The notes under the pieces: generated by a model
Seen by the model: only the letters and a program-made list of their open reading frames with translations
What the model was told of the DNA's origin: nothing
Databases searched by the model: none
Position numbers and translations under genes: made by a program
Part shown: piece after piece, positions 9,614-20,661 of the stretch
Layout of the letters: every line of letters begins with the position of its first letter
Numbering within the stretch: position 1 is the first letter of the stretch
Source of the DNA: a candidate division FCPU426 bacterium
GTDB lineage: Bacteria > Oederibacteriota > Muellerivitia > Muellerivitales > Muellerivitaceae
DNA length: 64,000 nt
Assembly: GCA_963847625.1 (NCBI GenBank)
Contig: CAWKAR010000026.1
Location: 1-64,000 of the forward strand
Direction: 5' to 3'

Positions 9614-11026
9614 TTATTTTCCCTGTTCCGAAACAAGCCCCTGATGGTCAGGCGATTCCAGCTTCTGGTACAAGTCCTGGATTTCATAATTATTCCGGTC
9701 CATTTCCTCGGCCTTCCGGGCTTTCCCCAGGGATGCCCCCCGGTTGTTCCGGTTCAGGTCATCTAGGCCCGCCTCGTAATAAGTCCTGGCTTGTTTCGAC
9801 ATGGGTTTCGGTTCGGCCACCCAATCGCCGCTGGAAGATTTTTCCTCCCCTTGGACGACGGACCGCACGTAAAGATGATAGCGGACTCCGTTTTTCACGC
9901 CGTCCAACAGGCAATAATTAGTCTGAAAGGGGGTTCGCCCGGCGCGCCGGTAATCCTTATCGCCTTCCTCCTTCCAATAAACCCAATACCCGTCGGCCTT
10001 GGTATATTCCGGAATCTCCCATTTCAGGTAGATTTTTCCGTCTCCGACGAGGGACCGGACGATGGAAGGTTTCGGATCCAGAATTTCCTCCCCGGAGCCG
10101 AAATGCCAACTGACGGACAACCGGTGGCTGTTTCCCAGGTTGCTGGAGTTGGACATGAAGGCATAATCCACCGACCATTGGGCGGCACGGTAACTGGCCC
10201 CCAGGCTGAAATCTCCAGGCAGGGTAATGAAGCTGGTGTAGCCTGCCCGGAAGCCCAACCGTCCGTCGAAAAACCAGTGTTCCAGGCCAGTCCTCACCCT
10301 CAGGTTCTGGTTGTTCAAAAGCGTGTCGTTGGAAAGAGTCCAGGGCAAATCCAAGGCGAGAAGGGTTTCCGGGTCGAAGTTCAAGGCCAAACCCGGGGTC
10401 AGAACCGGGGGCACGTCCTGTTCCTTGCCGGTGGCTTCCGAAGTAACAGTGGTGGAAATGTCGGTCAGGACCAAGCCCGCCCTCAGGGACATATCCGATC
10501 CCAAGGACCGCCGGTATAAAAGACCGAGATCGGCCGCCCAACCCTGGGACACGCCGTTCACCTGTCCGCTGTCGCCATAAAGGTAGCGGAGATTGACTCC
10601 GGCGAAGAGGCAGTTTTCCGGCGTTGAAAACAGGGCGAGGGCGAGGGAACCCGTGTACTGGTCCTCGTGGGAACCGGGGATACCGGGGAAAAACAGATTG
10701 TTGCTGCTCAATCCCAGACGGACTCCGTTGGGCAAGGGGTATTCCAGTGAAATATACAGGTTTTGGTTTTTGTCGTTAAAATAGGAACCATACATTCCGA
10801 GGATTTCCGTTTTTTCCATCTGGGCTAAACCCGCCGGATTCCAATAGGACGCGCTCGAGTCATCCGCAACCGCCGCGAAAGCCCCCGCCATTCCCATGGC
10901 CCGCGTCCCCACACCCAGATCGCCACCGCGATCGAACTGTGCCTCAACCGATGAACCGGTGAGCAAAAACCCGAAAAAAGCCAGTGGAAAGAAAAATGAA
11001 TAATGAAGAGTTTTAATTTTATTCAT
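9614..11026 (-). CDS. PorV/PorQ-family beta-barrel with FN3 and C-terminal TPR-like helices
   Basis: GTRAMGMAGAFAAVADDSSASYWNPAGLAQ; FN3-like LKWEIP...GYWVYW...NGVRYHLYV. Confidence 0.85.
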   Translation of the reverse strand: MNKIKTLHYSFFFPLAFFGFLLTGSSVEAQFDRGGDLGVGTRAMGMAGAFAAVADDSSASYWNPAGLAQMEKTEILGMYGSYFNDKNQNLYISLEYPLPNGVRLGLSSNNLFFPGIPGSHEDQYTGSLALALFSTPENCLFAGVNLRYLYGDSGQVNGVSQGWAADLGLLYRRSLGSDMSLRAGLVLTDISTTVTSEATGKEQDVPPVLTPGLALNFDPETLLALDLPWTLSNDTLLNNQNLRVRTGLEHWFFDGRLGFRAGYTSFITLPGDFSLGASYRAAQWSVDYAFMSNSSNLGNSHRLSVSWHFGSGEEILDPKPSIVRSLVGDGKIYLKWEIPEYTKADGYWVYWKEEGDKDYRRAGRTPFQTNYCLLDGVKNGVRYHLYVRSVVQGEEKSSSGDWVAEPKPMSKQARTYYEAGLDDLNRNNRGASLGKARKAEEMDRNNYEIQDLYQKLESPDHQGLVSEQGK

Positions 11027-11035
11027 GGTTTTCCA

Positions 11036-14000
11036 TTAACGGTTCATCAAGACTTTCAAGGATTTTTTGCTTCGCACCCCACTGGCCGGATCCTTCCATT
11101 CCAATACCAACAGGTAAAGGCCGGAGGCTACCACTTGCCCATTCCGATTCTTCAAATCCCAAACCACACTTCCCTTTACCAGCGGCAATATCCTGATTAA
11201 TTCACCGGTCAGGTTGAAAACCCTCACATCCACCTGGCCAGCAAGGGGTAGACCGCCCGAGGAGGCCGTGATCTGAACCAACCCACCGCCTCGTAATAGA
11301 TTGGGTTTGGCGGTAAAGAGAATAGTTCCCGCTGACCCTTCCCCAACATAGGCGTTTTCCGAAAGGATGCCGGGGTTCCCACTGGAAACGGTTTCCTGGA
11401 GGACGAAATGGTAAAAACCGCTCGGAACCGTCTTCCCGTTCTGGCCAGCGCAATTCCAGCCAACAATGGCCTGGCCGTTCAAATAAACGGTAATGGAGCC
11501 GCCCAGACTGGAAGGGTTGGGGACGAACTTGGAAAGTTCCAGGGTAAAGACCGTGCCGGCTGAAAACACTCTCTTGCCGCAAAGGGTGGCGACTTGTTCC
11601 CCTCTTTCATCGTAAATCCAAATCAACTGCGGACAACCCGCGGCGCCCTGGGTCGGTGTGGGGGTACCTGTGGAAGTTAAGGTCGGGGTAGCCGTGGGAG
11701 TAAAGGTAGGAGTTGAAGTTGTGGTTGACGTAAGCGTCGGTGTGTTCGTGGACGTGTTAGTTGACGTATTCGTCGGCGTATTCGTTGACGAGTTGGTCGG
11801 AGTGTTCATAGGAGTGCCAGTCGGAGTATCCGTTGGTGTGTTAGTGGGTGTCAAGGACGGGGTATCGGTATTAACCGGGGTCAGGGTCCCTGTGTCTGTT
11901 AGGGTCAGAGTCGATGTAATTGTATTTGTAGGACTGTTCGTTGGAGTTTGAGTCGGGGTATCCGTGGAAGTAAAGGCAGGAGTTGAAGTTGTGGTTGACG
12001 TAAGCGTCGGGGTGTTCGTGGGCGTGTTAGTCGAGGTGTTAGTGGGTGTAAAAGATGGTGTATCGGTATTGACCGGGGTTAGGGTCCCTGTATCTGTTTG
12101 GGTCGAAGTCGATGTAATGGTATTTGTGGGACTGTTAGTTGGAGTATGAGTTGGGGTATCCGTGGAAGTAAAGGTAGGAGTTGAAGCTGTAGTTGATGTA
12201 AGTGTCGGAGTGTTCGTAGGGGTGCCAGTCGAAGTATCCGTGAGTGTGTTAGTGGGTGTAAAGGACGGCGTATCGGTATTAACCGGGGTCTGGGTTCCTG
12301 TGTCTGTTCGGGTCGGAGTCGATGTAATTGTATTTGTAGGACTGTTAGTTGGAGTATAAGTTGGGGTATCCGTGGAAGTGCAGGTAGGAGTTGAAGTTGT
12401 GGTTAACGTAAGTGTCGGAGTATCCGTGGACGTGTTAGTCGGTGTCAGCGTGTTAGTGAATGTGTTAGTAGGGGTGTTCGTTAGCGTGTTGGTCGGTGTA
12501 TTCGCAGGTGTATTTGTTGATGTGTTCGAAGGTGTACTGGTATTGGTTTTTGTGGATATATTCGTTGGTGTATCTGATGGAGTATTCGTAGATGTATAGG
12601 TCAGCGTATTCGCGGGGGTGTTGGTAGGAGTATTGGTCAATGTGTTTGCTGGGGTATTCGTTGGTGTGAGAGTAAAGGTGTTAGTGGGCGTATTCGTTGG
12701 TGTATTAGTTGGAGTATCACTAGAGGTATCAGTGAGCGTGTTCGTCGGTGTCGGCGTATTGGGTGGGGTATTCGTTGGTGTATTTGTTGGAGTATCACTA
12801 GGAGTATCAGTTGGTGTGTTCGTCGGTGTCAGCGTATTGGTTGGGGTATTCGTGGGTGTGTTGGTAGGGGTGTTAGTGGGTGTATCCGTTGGCATATTCG
12901 TTGGAGTGTATGTCAGTGTTGGCGTATTGGTTAGGGTGTTTGTGGGCGTGTTGGTAGGAGTATGGGTGGGTGTATTGGTCGGTGTCGGCGTGTTAGTGGG
13001 TGTGTTGGTGGGGGTATTAGTAGGCGTATTCGTTGGAGTGTTCATCGGTGTCAAAGTATTGGTTGGGGTATTGGTGGGTGTATTGGTCGGTGTCGGCGTG
13101 TTTGTGGGTGTGTTAGTCGGGGTATTAGTGGGTGTCCGCGTACTGGTGGGCGTGTTAGTTGTTGTATAGGTGCGGGTGTTCGTGGGCGTATTGGTAACCG
13201 TGCTTGTCGATGTAGGCGTCGGGTTGCAATTGGCCGCATAAAATTCAATTGCCTGCATATCCGCGAGCGAAGTATTGCTCAATGTATAGCTCATCGGGTA
13301 AGTCGCGATCCCAGCAGCGGTTTTATAATTTCCTTCCGAGGAAAAACCCGGATTTGATTGTGACCATTCCTGGGTTTGGCCCGTCCCGGCCGTAAACGTC
13401 CTGTTGTTATAAACGTGGCACAAACCCACGATGACGGAGTTTTGCTGGTTCGTATTGATATTCATGGTCGGATTATTGATCGCCGTGGTTTGTTCAAAAT
13501 GAGCGGTGCTGCCAAGCGATGTATTCGGGGCAATACCCGTAAAGACTATCGCGCCAACATCCATATTTTGAGCGGCGTTGGTTGTTATCACTAGGTTATG
13601 AGACAGGCCATCCGTCGGGAGTTGGGAGCCGAATTCGTAATAAGTAAAACATTCATGGCCATTCGCGCTGTTAACCGCCAAGGCAAGTGTCAAAGCAACT
13701 CCGTTGTAAGTGGCAGCGGTGATGTTGTTGGTGTTGCTTTGGATCGCAACTTGAACGGCCAATAGTGGATTGGATAAACCGGCGGGAATCGTCAAAGCGA
13801 CCGTGGAGGTGGTTGTGTTCGCGTTGTACGCGCTTGTGGCAGTATTAAAACCGGTTGGGCATGTGGTATAGGGAGTATCAGTGGGTGTGATGGTGGGAGA
13901 TGGAGTTAGTGTAGAAGTGGGGGTCACGGTCGGAGTGCGGGTCACGGTAAAAGTGGGAGTCCAAGTAAAAGTCGGGGTCCAGGTGAGCACAGTTCCAACG

Positions 14001-15316
14001 CAGGAAGCGGCGTAAATCGAATAATTATTCGTCCCCAATGCCCCGCCGTTTCCGTTATTCCCGAAGGGGTTTTGCAAAGAATTATAAGGCCCCCCTGTCA
14101 TTGTTTCGGAATATTCGGTTCCCGCGGATCCGGTGTTATAAGCGACTGCCGCGGTCGTTCCGGTAAAGTAAAAGGCCAGCCAGTAACTTCCGGCTGGAAG
14201 GGCTGTGGATGGAACTGACACCTGATTCCAACCCGCAGCCATCGCCGTTTGCTGGCTTTGGACGATCAGGTTCCCGGGTACGCCCTCGTTATTGGCATAG
14301 ATACCTAAGACACCCGAGGCGGCGGTGGCTGCGCTCAAATAAATATCCATCGAGGTGACGGTGGCGGAATTGGAAAAGGTGTAAAGAGTGCCGTCTTGTC
14401 GGCCGACCCGATTGGCGCTCGCGGTACCGCCGACGCTAGTCAGACCAACCGTTTGAGGCGCGGAACAAGCGGGAGTGGGGGTGGATGTATTGCAAGTTCC
14501 CGTCGTGGTGATGTATTGCAGGCTTTGGTCTCCGCCAGTCGCCCCGGTAAAGCCGTAGTAAACCTGGGTCTGTCCCCCGAATACGTTGTTGATCAGATCC
14601 CGGTTGTAAGTCATGGTCTGTGGCACGCCCGCAGAATCGACAATAATAAAAGTCAGCACCTTGCCCGCGGGGTTCCAAGTGATCGTAATGGGGTGGGTCG
14701 CGTTGTTTTGGATGGTACTGGTGAAGGTATAGGGGCAGGTGACCCCGGGTGAACCGACATAACCGCAAGTATTCCCGGCTAACCCGTTTTCCTGGGGCGC
14801 CAAAACACCGTTGGTTTGGTAGGTCGCTATACCGATGGCGATCGAAGGCGCTATGGGATTGACCCCCGCGTATCCCCTGCAGGCCCCGCAGGGAAGACCA
14901 TTTCCGCTCAAAGCCGAGGTCGTACGCGGGTCATCCTGCAGGACGAAGTCGATGCCGTCCGCGCCTCCGCCGGTTCCATAATAAGCGTTGAAGCTTAGGG
15001 AAAAACTTTGGCTGAGGTCGATAGGAGTGGTGTTCCAACAAGCCCCGCTTTGCGCGCCTATATTCTGCGTGAGGGTGATAGATGTTCCCAAGCCCGTGGC
15101 GTCCCCGACCAAAGCCCAATTGGGGCAGGTTTGGGCGAAAAGTTCAGACCCATGCCCAAGCCAGGAAAAAACCGCCAAAAAGGCAATCCAAAGCAGACGG
15201 TTTGGTCTCACCCGATGGGCGCAGGCAGCGAAGACTCGGGCAACCGCCCGAAATCCCGCTATCGCAATGATGAAAGAATAAATTTTTCCGATCAAAAATA
15301 AACCTCGATAAGTCAA
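11036..15316 (-). CDS. Secreted surface protein: legume (L-type) lectin domain, further beta-sandwich domains, ~520-aa Thr/Pro/Asn stalk, two FlgD/CTD-like domains
   Basis: QSGACW...[10 protein letters not shown]...[11 protein letters not shown] lectin signature; C-terminal [10 protein letters not shown]...[17 protein letters not shown]. Start codon uncertain. Confidence 0.85.
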   Translation of the reverse strand: MTYRGLFLIGKIYSFIIAIAGFRAVARVFAACAHRVRPNRLLWIAFLAVFSWLGHGSELFAQTCPNWALVGDATGLGTSITLTQNIGAQSGACWNTTPIDLSQSFSLSFNAYYGTGGGADGIDFVLQDDPRTTSALSGNGLPCGACRGYAGVNPIAPSIAIGIATYQTNGVLAPQENGLAGNTCGYVGSPGVTCPYTFTSTIQNNATHPITITWNPAGKVLTFIIVDSAGVPQTMTYNRDLINNVFGGQTQVYYGFTGATGGDQSLQYITTTGTCNTSTPTPACSAPQTVGLTSVGGTASANRVGRQDGTLYTFSNSATVTSMDIYLSAATAASGVLGIYANNEGVPGNLIVQSQQTAMAAGWNQVSVPSTALPAGSYWLAFYFTGTTAAVAYNTGSAGTEYSETMTGGPYNSLQNPFGNNGNGGALGTNNYSIYAASCVGTVLTWTPTFTWTPTFTVTRTPTVTPTSTLTPSPTITPTDTPYTTCPTGFNTATSAYNANTTTSTVALTIPAGLSNPLLAVQVAIQSNTNNITAATYNGVALTLALAVNSANGHECFTYYEFGSQLPTDGLSHNLVITTNAAQNMDVGAIVFTGIAPNTSLGSTAHFEQTTAINNPTMNINTNQQNSVIVGLCHVYNNRTFTAGTGQTQEWSQSNPGFSSEGNYKTAAGIATYPMSYTLSNTSLADMQAIEFYAANCNPTPTSTSTVTNTPTNTRTYTTTNTPTSTRTPTNTPTNTPTNTPTPTNTPTNTPTNTLTPMNTPTNTPTNTPTNTPTNTPTPTNTPTHTPTNTPTNTLTNTPTLTYTPTNMPTDTPTNTPTNTPTNTPTNTLTPTNTPTDTPSDTPTNTPTNTPPNTPTPTNTLTDTSSDTPTNTPTNTPTNTFTLTPTNTPANTLTNTPTNTPANTLTYTSTNTPSDTPTNISTKTNTSTPSNTSTNTPANTPTNTLTNTPTNTFTNTLTPTNTSTDTPTLTLTTTSTPTCTSTDTPTYTPTNSPTNTITSTPTRTDTGTQTPVNTDTPSFTPTNTLTDTSTGTPTNTPTLTSTTASTPTFTSTDTPTHTPTNSPTNTITSTSTQTDTGTLTPVNTDTPSFTPTNTSTNTPTNTPTLTSTTTSTPAFTSTDTPTQTPTNSPTNTITSTLTLTDTGTLTPVNTDTPSLTPTNTPTDTPTGTPMNTPTNSSTNTPTNTSTNTSTNTPTLTSTTTSTPTFTPTATPTLTSTGTPTPTQGAAGCPQLIWIYDERGEQVATLCGKRVFSAGTVFTLELSKFVPNPSSLGGSITVYLNGQAIVGWNCAGQNGKTVPSGFYHFVLQETVSSGNPGILSENAYVGEGSAGTILFTAKPNLLRGGGLVQITASSGGLPLAGQVDVRVFNLTGELIRILPLVKGSVVWDLKNRNGQVVASGLYLLVLEWKDPASGVRSKKSLKVLMNR

Positions 15317-15734
15317 ATGGAATTCCAGAACATCCCAGGAACGTTGTTTTTTGGCTCATCATCACCCCACCCGTGCGCATTTCCAGGCACTTCCCGGTGG
15401 AAAATCACCGTTAGGGCAACCATTCACGCCATTAACAAAAGAAATTCAAAGCACCCTGCCTTTTTCCAAGCAAATTTACACATGAATTAGTTTTTACTAT
15501 ATTTATTATACGGGTAGATGGGAAAAAAGTCGCAATAGCACGTTAAAACAATGATTTTTACGGTTTTTTGAGAGAAAGAAGATTTCAGGATCAAGCTTTG
15601 TTTTTCTGGCAGGTTTGAAAAACGCTAAAAATTAGGGGGAAATGATAAATTCGCTTCCCCAGGGTATGCAGGGCAAGACCGCAAAACGGACATTTCGCGC
15701 AGACCTCTGAATCGCGAAAAATGGTTCCACCTTT

Positions 15735-16103
15735 TCAACTTAAAGGAACACGCGATATTTCCGTTGGATCCAACCTCGGGGCATCGCACCAGAGTCCTTC
15801 CAAGTCATAAAAGGCCCTGGTTTTTTCCTGGAATATATGGACCACCACGTCTACGAAATCCAAAATCCACCAGCTTCCGTCCTTAGAGGAGTTGACCTTC
15901 CAGAGGTCTTTGGGGTTGGAAAGTTTCTCCGAGACGCCCCTCACGATGGCGTTCACATGGGTGTTCGAACTGCCGCTACAAACAACAAGGATGTCCGTGT
16001 AGGAAGCCAGGCCCATCATATCCAAAACCCGGATATCAATCGCTTTTTTGTCCTCCAAATGGGTGACGATCTCTTCCAGCAGTTTACCGGTTATGGGTTC
16101 CAA
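15735..16103 (-). CDS. rsfS: Ribosome silencing factor
   Basis: DKKAIDI, WWILDFVDVVVHIF, FYDLEGLW; downstream of nadD. Confidence 0.95.
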   Translation of the reverse strand: MEPITGKLLEEIVTHLEDKKAIDIRVLDMMGLASYTDILVVCSGSSNTHVNAIVRGVSEKLSNPKDLWKVNSSKDGSWWILDFVDVVVHIFQEKTRAFYDLEGLWCDAPRLDPTEISRVPLS

Positions 16104-16111
16104 TGATTTCC

Positions 16112-16378
16112 TTATCGGGGATGATTTCGAATTTGCTGTATGGCTTTCGTGAGTTCAACCAGAATGTCCGTTTTGAATTGTTGCTTCAATTCCTCCGATC
16201 GGGTGTAAACATACCCTTTTTCCGTGACAATATAACGGGCCGGAAGCCGATTCAGGGCGAAGGCAAGAATATCCAATCGATCCTTATCGGTGGGTTGGAA
16301 GTCAAGATATGCAGATTCCTGGAGAAGCTCCTCCAAGCTTTTCTTAACCGCTTCTTCCATGTAATTGACCAAGTCCAA
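16112..16378 (-). CDS. Late competence ComFB-family protein (putative cyclic dinucleotide receptor)
   Basis: LVNYMEEAV...DILAFALNRLPARYIV...IRNHPR matches the ComFB pattern. Confidence 0.8.
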   Translation of the reverse strand: MDLVNYMEEAVKKSLEELLQESAYLDFQPTDKDRLDILAFALNRLPARYIVTEKGYVYTRSEELKQQFKTDILVELTKAIQQIRNHPR

Positions 16379-16392
16379 TATTTCCCCGCTTC

Positions 16393-17031
16393 CTAAAGAT
16401 AAAGTTGATGGTTATGAATATACTGCTCAACCGTCTCGGGCACCAGATACTTGATGCTTTTCCAATCCCGGACCCGTTGGCGGATTTTGGTGGAACTCAC
16501 GTCGATGTATGTTCCTTGTTCGACATAGATATTCTCCAGCAGGGCGGCCGGCACGGATCGGCCCTCTAATCTCAGGAAATGATTGTTCATGATCTTTTCC
16601 GTATCAAATCCCGGCCGGGATACGGCGATGAATTTGCAGATTTTCAACATCTCCTCGATATTCTTCCACTCCGGGATGTCCATCAAGATGTCGGCGCCCA
16701 CGATAAAATAGATTTGAACACCTTCCGAAAACAATTTCAGGAAGTGTTTTACCGTGGTGATGGAATAGGATTTACCACCCTGCCCAATTTCGAAATCGGA
16801 TACTTCAAAACAGGGATTGCTGACCGTGGCCAAATGCGCCATCACGAGACGATGGCCGGCGTCGGCGAGATCAGACGGCTCCTTATGAGGGGGAAGGAAG
16901 GTCGGGGTGAAAATGACCTTATCCAGGTTGTACTTATTCCGGATTTCCTCAGCGACCACCAAATGGCCGGAATGGATGGGGTTGAAAGTCCCTCCAAAAA
17001 GCCCGATGGCTTTCATGCTTTCAACGCTCAT
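16393..17031 (-). CDS. nadD: Nicotinate-nucleotide adenylyltransferase
   Basis: GLFGGTFNPIHSGH, SSTKIR, YIHNHQLY. Confidence 0.97.
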   Translation of the reverse strand: MSVESMKAIGLFGGTFNPIHSGHLVVAEEIRNKYNLDKVIFTPTFLPPHKEPSDLADAGHRLVMAHLATVSNPCFEVSDFEIGQGGKSYSITTVKHFLKLFSEGVQIYFIVGADILMDIPEWKNIEEMLKICKFIAVSRPGFDTEKIMNNHFLRLEGRSVPAALLENIYVEQGTYIDVSSTKIRQRVRDWKSIKYLVPETVEQYIHNHQLYL

Positions 17032-18796
17032 CGTCCTTCAACAACGAATCGATCATGTCCCCAGTCAAGAATTCCGAATCAGTCTTTTCCTCGGATTGGG
17101 TTTCCGGCTGGAGAATCGGTGTCGAACTCGCGACCGGCGTGGCCGGCACGGCTTTTTTGGGTTCTTTTTTCGGGTGAGCCAGGTGTTTATCGGGTTCGGC
17201 CCCCGCAATCGGAGGCGCGGTGGAAATAATCCTACCTTTCGCGGCTTGGACGAGCCTATCGAGTTCATCCCGGGTAAGGCCGCTTGTCGCAGAAACCTTC
17301 ATTTGCTGGGTTTGGCCCGTGGCGACGTTTTTAGCTGTGACGTTGACGATGCCGTTGGAATCGATAGCAAAAGTGACTTCCACCTGATTGGTCCCGGCCG
17401 GGGCGGGAGGCAGACCCACGAAGGAAAAGAAGCCGAGGGTTTTATTGTTGCTGGCGATTTTATCCTCGCCCTGGAGGACCTTGACATTCACGGAGGTCTG
17501 CATGTCCTTCACGGTGGAATAGAGCTTGCTCATGCGGGTCGGCACGGTCGTGTTCCTGGGTATGATGACGCTGCAGGTGCCACCAAGAGTCTCGACGCCC
17601 AGGGAAAGAGGGGTGACATCCAATAGCAAAGCGTTGCGAATATTCCCATTGATGATTCCCGCCTGAATGGCGGCCCCCAAGGCTACCGCCTCATCTGGAT
17701 TGACCTTGGTGTTCAAATCGCGGTTGAAAAACCGTTTCACCACATCCCGGACCTTCGGGACCCGGGTCATCCCCCCCACCAGGATGACCTCGTTGAGGTC
17801 CTTGGGGTTCAAGCTCGCGTCCTTGAGCGCCCTCTTGCAAGGTTCCAGGGTTCTTTCGATCAATTTATTGACCATCTCCTCAAACTCCTCCCGGGTGAGG
17901 GAATAGGCCAGATTTAAAAAATTACCGTCTTTTTTCGCGATGAAGGGCAGGTTGATGACCGTGGATGTGGCGGTCGAAAGGTCGCATTTCGCCGTTTCGG
18001 CGGCTTCCCGCAGCCGTTGGAGTGAAACAGGTTCTTGCCGAAGGTCGATTCCGGTTTCCGTTAAAAACTTTCCCAAAACCCATTCCATCAGTATATGGTC
18101 GAAGTCGTCCCCCCCTAGATGGGTGTCTCCGGAGGTCGAAAGCACCCGGTAAAGACCGTTCAACAGTTCAAGGACCGTTACGTCGAGGGTTCCCCCGCCT
18201 AAATCATAGACTACGATTTTCTGGTTTTTCTTCGTGTCGAAATCATAGGACAATGCCGCGGCGGTAGGTTCGTTGATAATCCTTAAGATTTCAAAACCGG
18301 CGATTTTCCCGGCGTCTTTCGTCGCTTGGCGCTGGGAATCGTTAAAGTAGGCCGGCACCGTGACAACCGCCTGGGTTATTTTTTCCCCCAGACGCGCTTC
18401 GGAATCCTGCTTTATTTTTTGGAGCACGATAGCCGAAATTTCCTCGGGTGATTTGATCTGGTCATCCAAGCGGACCCGAATGTCGCCGTTCTCGGAATCT
18501 TCCACATCATAGGAAACGAGGCTTTTATCCCGCTTGACCTCCTCATCGGCCGCCTTACGCCCGATAAAACGCTTGATGGAATAAACCGTCCCCTTGGGGT
18601 TGGTGACTGTTTGATGTTTCGCGTCCAGCCCCACCAGCCAATTTTTTTGGGCGGTCAAGGCCACGATGGAAGGCGTGGTATGGTAGCCATCCGAGTTTGG
18701 GATAACAGTCGGTTCCCCGCCGTTTAAATACGCGACACAGGAATTGGTAGTCCCAAGATCAATCCCTATCGCGATTTGGTTGTTTTTGTCGGCCAT
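17021..18796 (-). CDS. Hsp70/DnaK paralog with shortened, low-complexity C-terminus
   Basis: GIDLGTTNS, TVPAYFNDSQRQATKDAG, DLGGGT, LLLDVTPLSLG. After ~510 aa the helical lid is largely replaced by a Pro/Lys/Glu tail. Confidence 0.9.
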   Translation of the reverse strand: MADKNNQIAIGIDLGTTNSCVAYLNGGEPTVIPNSDGYHTTPSIVALTAQKNWLVGLDAKHQTVTNPKGTVYSIKRFIGRKAADEEVKRDKSLVSYDVEDSENGDIRVRLDDQIKSPEEISAIVLQKIKQDSEARLGEKITQAVVTVPAYFNDSQRQATKDAGKIAGFEILRIINEPTAAALSYDFDTKKNQKIVVYDLGGGTLDVTVLELLNGLYRVLSTSGDTHLGGDDFDHILMEWVLGKFLTETGIDLRQEPVSLQRLREAAETAKCDLSTATSTVINLPFIAKKDGNFLNLAYSLTREEFEEMVNKLIERTLEPCKRALKDASLNPKDLNEVILVGGMTRVPKVRDVVKRFFNRDLNTKVNPDEAVALGAAIQAGIINGNIRNALLLDVTPLSLGVETLGGTCSVIIPRNTTVPTRMSKLYSTVKDMQTSVNVKVLQGEDKIASNNKTLGFFSFVGLPPAPAGTNQVEVTFAIDSNGIVNVTAKNVATGQTQQMKVSATSGLTRDELDRLVQAAKGRIISTAPPIAGAEPDKHLAHPKKEPKKAVPATPVASSTPILQPETQSEEKTDSEFLTGDMIDSLLKDDER

Positions 18797-18810
18797 AATT
18801 CCACCCGGAT

Positions 18811-19377
18811 TCAGATTTTTTTTCCGTAAACATAGCCCATTGCGATGCTCACCGTTTTTTTAGTTTCGTAATCATCGGGGTTTATTTTCAACACTCTTTC
18901 AAAGCAAGCGACGGAATCCTTGAAATTTCCCTGGCATCCGTAGAGGATCCCCAAATTATAGTGGGCGTTGACGAAGCCGGGCACGAGTTTAGTGGCGGTG
19001 ACCCACTCGTGTTGGGCCTGGTTCCAATCTTCCTTTTCCTCAAAAAAAGCTATTCCCTTTTTAAAATGGTCCTCAGCCTCGATTTCCTCTTTCGTTTTGA
19101 TGACCTTAAGGAGACCGCGTTTCACGCCGAACATCCCCCCCATTTCGCGCCGGATGTCGTTGCGGACCTGGAAATTATACGCCTCCCTTTTTTCCGGGTC
19201 ACTCAACACATTGTAAGCCGTCACAATTTCCATGGTTTTTTCGATGGCCCATTCCAGCCGGTCCGGATTCCGGTCGGGATGATTCTCGAAAATGAGGTGT
19301 TTATAGGTCTCTTGCAACTGTTTTGTGTCCAAGGGGGGATAAAGCTTAAAAATCTCGTAATAGTTTTTTTTAATCAT
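18811..19377 (-). CDS. J-domain plus TPR co-chaperone
   Basis: NYYEI...HPDRN J-domain; C-terminal TPR (AHYNLGILY). Confidence 0.9.
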   Translation of the reverse strand: MIKKNYYEIFKLYPPLDTKQLQETYKHLIFENHPDRNPDRLEWAIEKTMEIVTAYNVLSDPEKREAYNFQVRNDIRREMGGMFGVKRGLLKVIKTKEEIEAEDHFKKGIAFFEEKEDWNQAQHEWVTATKLVPGFVNAHYNLGILYGCQGNFKDSVACFERVLKINPDDYETKKTVSIAMGYVYGKKI

Positions 19378-19518
19378 TGGGGAAAAACCGCCCGGTTTAA
19401 AATTCCAAAATGAATGTCCTAGTAATTAAACCCAAGCATAAATTTGTTAAGTTTTTATTTTACAGACAATGCTTGGGGAATGAAATACCCTAAAAACGTT
19501 TAGTCTTTATCAAACCGG

Positions 19519-20661
19519 TTATATTTCTGTGAACCGTACCATATTATCCCGATGGACTACCTCATCCGCGGATTTATAACCGAGTTTTTGAATAATCTCA
19601 AAAGATTTTAAACCCTTGATTTGACCCAATTCCGCCGATGAATAATTGCAGATTCCTTTCGCGATTTCCCTTTTTTCCTGATCGATTATCTTGACTATAT
19701 CGCCTTTCGCCCACGAGCCGAGAATTCCCATCACCCCGCTGGGGAGAAGACTGGTACTTATTTCAATCAACGCCTTACGCGCACCCCCATCGACAACAAT
19801 TTCACCTTTAGGCTTGATACTGTAGGCGAGCCAGCGCTTTCGGCTGTTCATCTTATGGAGTGAGGGGTGGAAATAAGTCCCGACCGGCTTATTTTGGAGC
19901 AAAAGCTTTAAAACATTCCTTCGGTTGCCGTTGGCGATCGCCATGGGGATACCGGATTGCATCATGCTTTTTGCGGCCTTGATTTTGGTGACCATACCCC
20001 CCGTTCCCACGATGGACCGTGAGTTCGTGGCTTCATTTTCAAAGCGAGAATCCCACTTGTAAACGTCCCGGATCAGTTTCGCCTTGGGGTTTGCAGCCGG
20101 GTCTTGCTCGTAAAACCCGTCCGTATCGGTCAGTGAAACCAGCAAATCGGCCCCCACCAAGTGGGTCACGAGGACGGCCAGCGTGTCGTTGTTGCCGAAC
20201 TTGATTTCCTCGACGGCCACGGTGTCGTTTTCGTTGACGATAGGTATAATTTTTTTTCGAAGCAGTTCCAGAAGCGTGTTGCAGGCGTTGGAATAGCGGT
20301 GGCGGTGGGAGATGTCATCCCGGGTCAGCAGGATTTGGGCGACCATCAATTTTGATTTTTTAAAATTCGTCTCATAGGCGTGCATGAGCTTGCTTTGGCC
20401 GACGGCGGCCAGGGCTTGCAGCATCGAGATGTTTTTCGGGCGCTCCGCCAGTCCCAATTCGAACAAACCGGACGCGATGGCTCCGGAGGTCACGATCACA
20501 ACCTCTATTTTATCCCGTTGGAGTCTGGAAATTTGCTCGGCCATGTTCCTCAGGAAGGAAACCCGGATCTTCTTTTTCCGGGTATCGGTGAGCAAGCTGC
20601 TGCCGATCTTGACGACAATCCTTTTGACCCCCTTGAGGTCGCGGGGTTTTTCATTTTCCAT
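19519..20661 (-). CDS. proB: Glutamate 5-kinase
   Basis: IVVKIGSSLL, PIVNEND, GTGGMVTK, C-terminal PUA domain. Confidence 0.97.
   Translation of the reverse strand: MENEKPRDLKGVKRIVVKIGSSLLTDTRKKKIRVSFLRNMAEQISRLQRDKIEVVIVTSGAIASGLFELGLAERPKNISMLQALAAVGQSKLMHAYETNFKKSKLMVAQILLTRDDISHRHRYSNACNTLLELLRKKIIPIVNENDTVAVEEIKFGNNDTLAVLVTHLVGADLLVSLTDTDGFYEQDPAANPKAKLIRDVYKWDSRFENEATNSRSIVGTGGMVTKIKAAKSMMQSGIPMAIANGNRRNVLKLLLQNKPVGTYFHPSLHKMNSRKRWLAYSIKPKGEIVVDGGARKALIEISTSLLPSGVMGILGSWAKGDIVKIIDQEKREIAKGICNYSSAELGQIKGLKSFEIIQKLGYKSADEVVHRDNMVRFTEI

Noticed and set aside
11658..13357. Series of Val/Gly-rich plus-strand ORFs
   Set aside because: Same antisense artefact, broken by stops wherever the stalk codons differ.
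15380..15734. c-di-GMP riboswitch upstream of the lectin surface protein
   Set aside because: No match by eye to the class I or II consensus.
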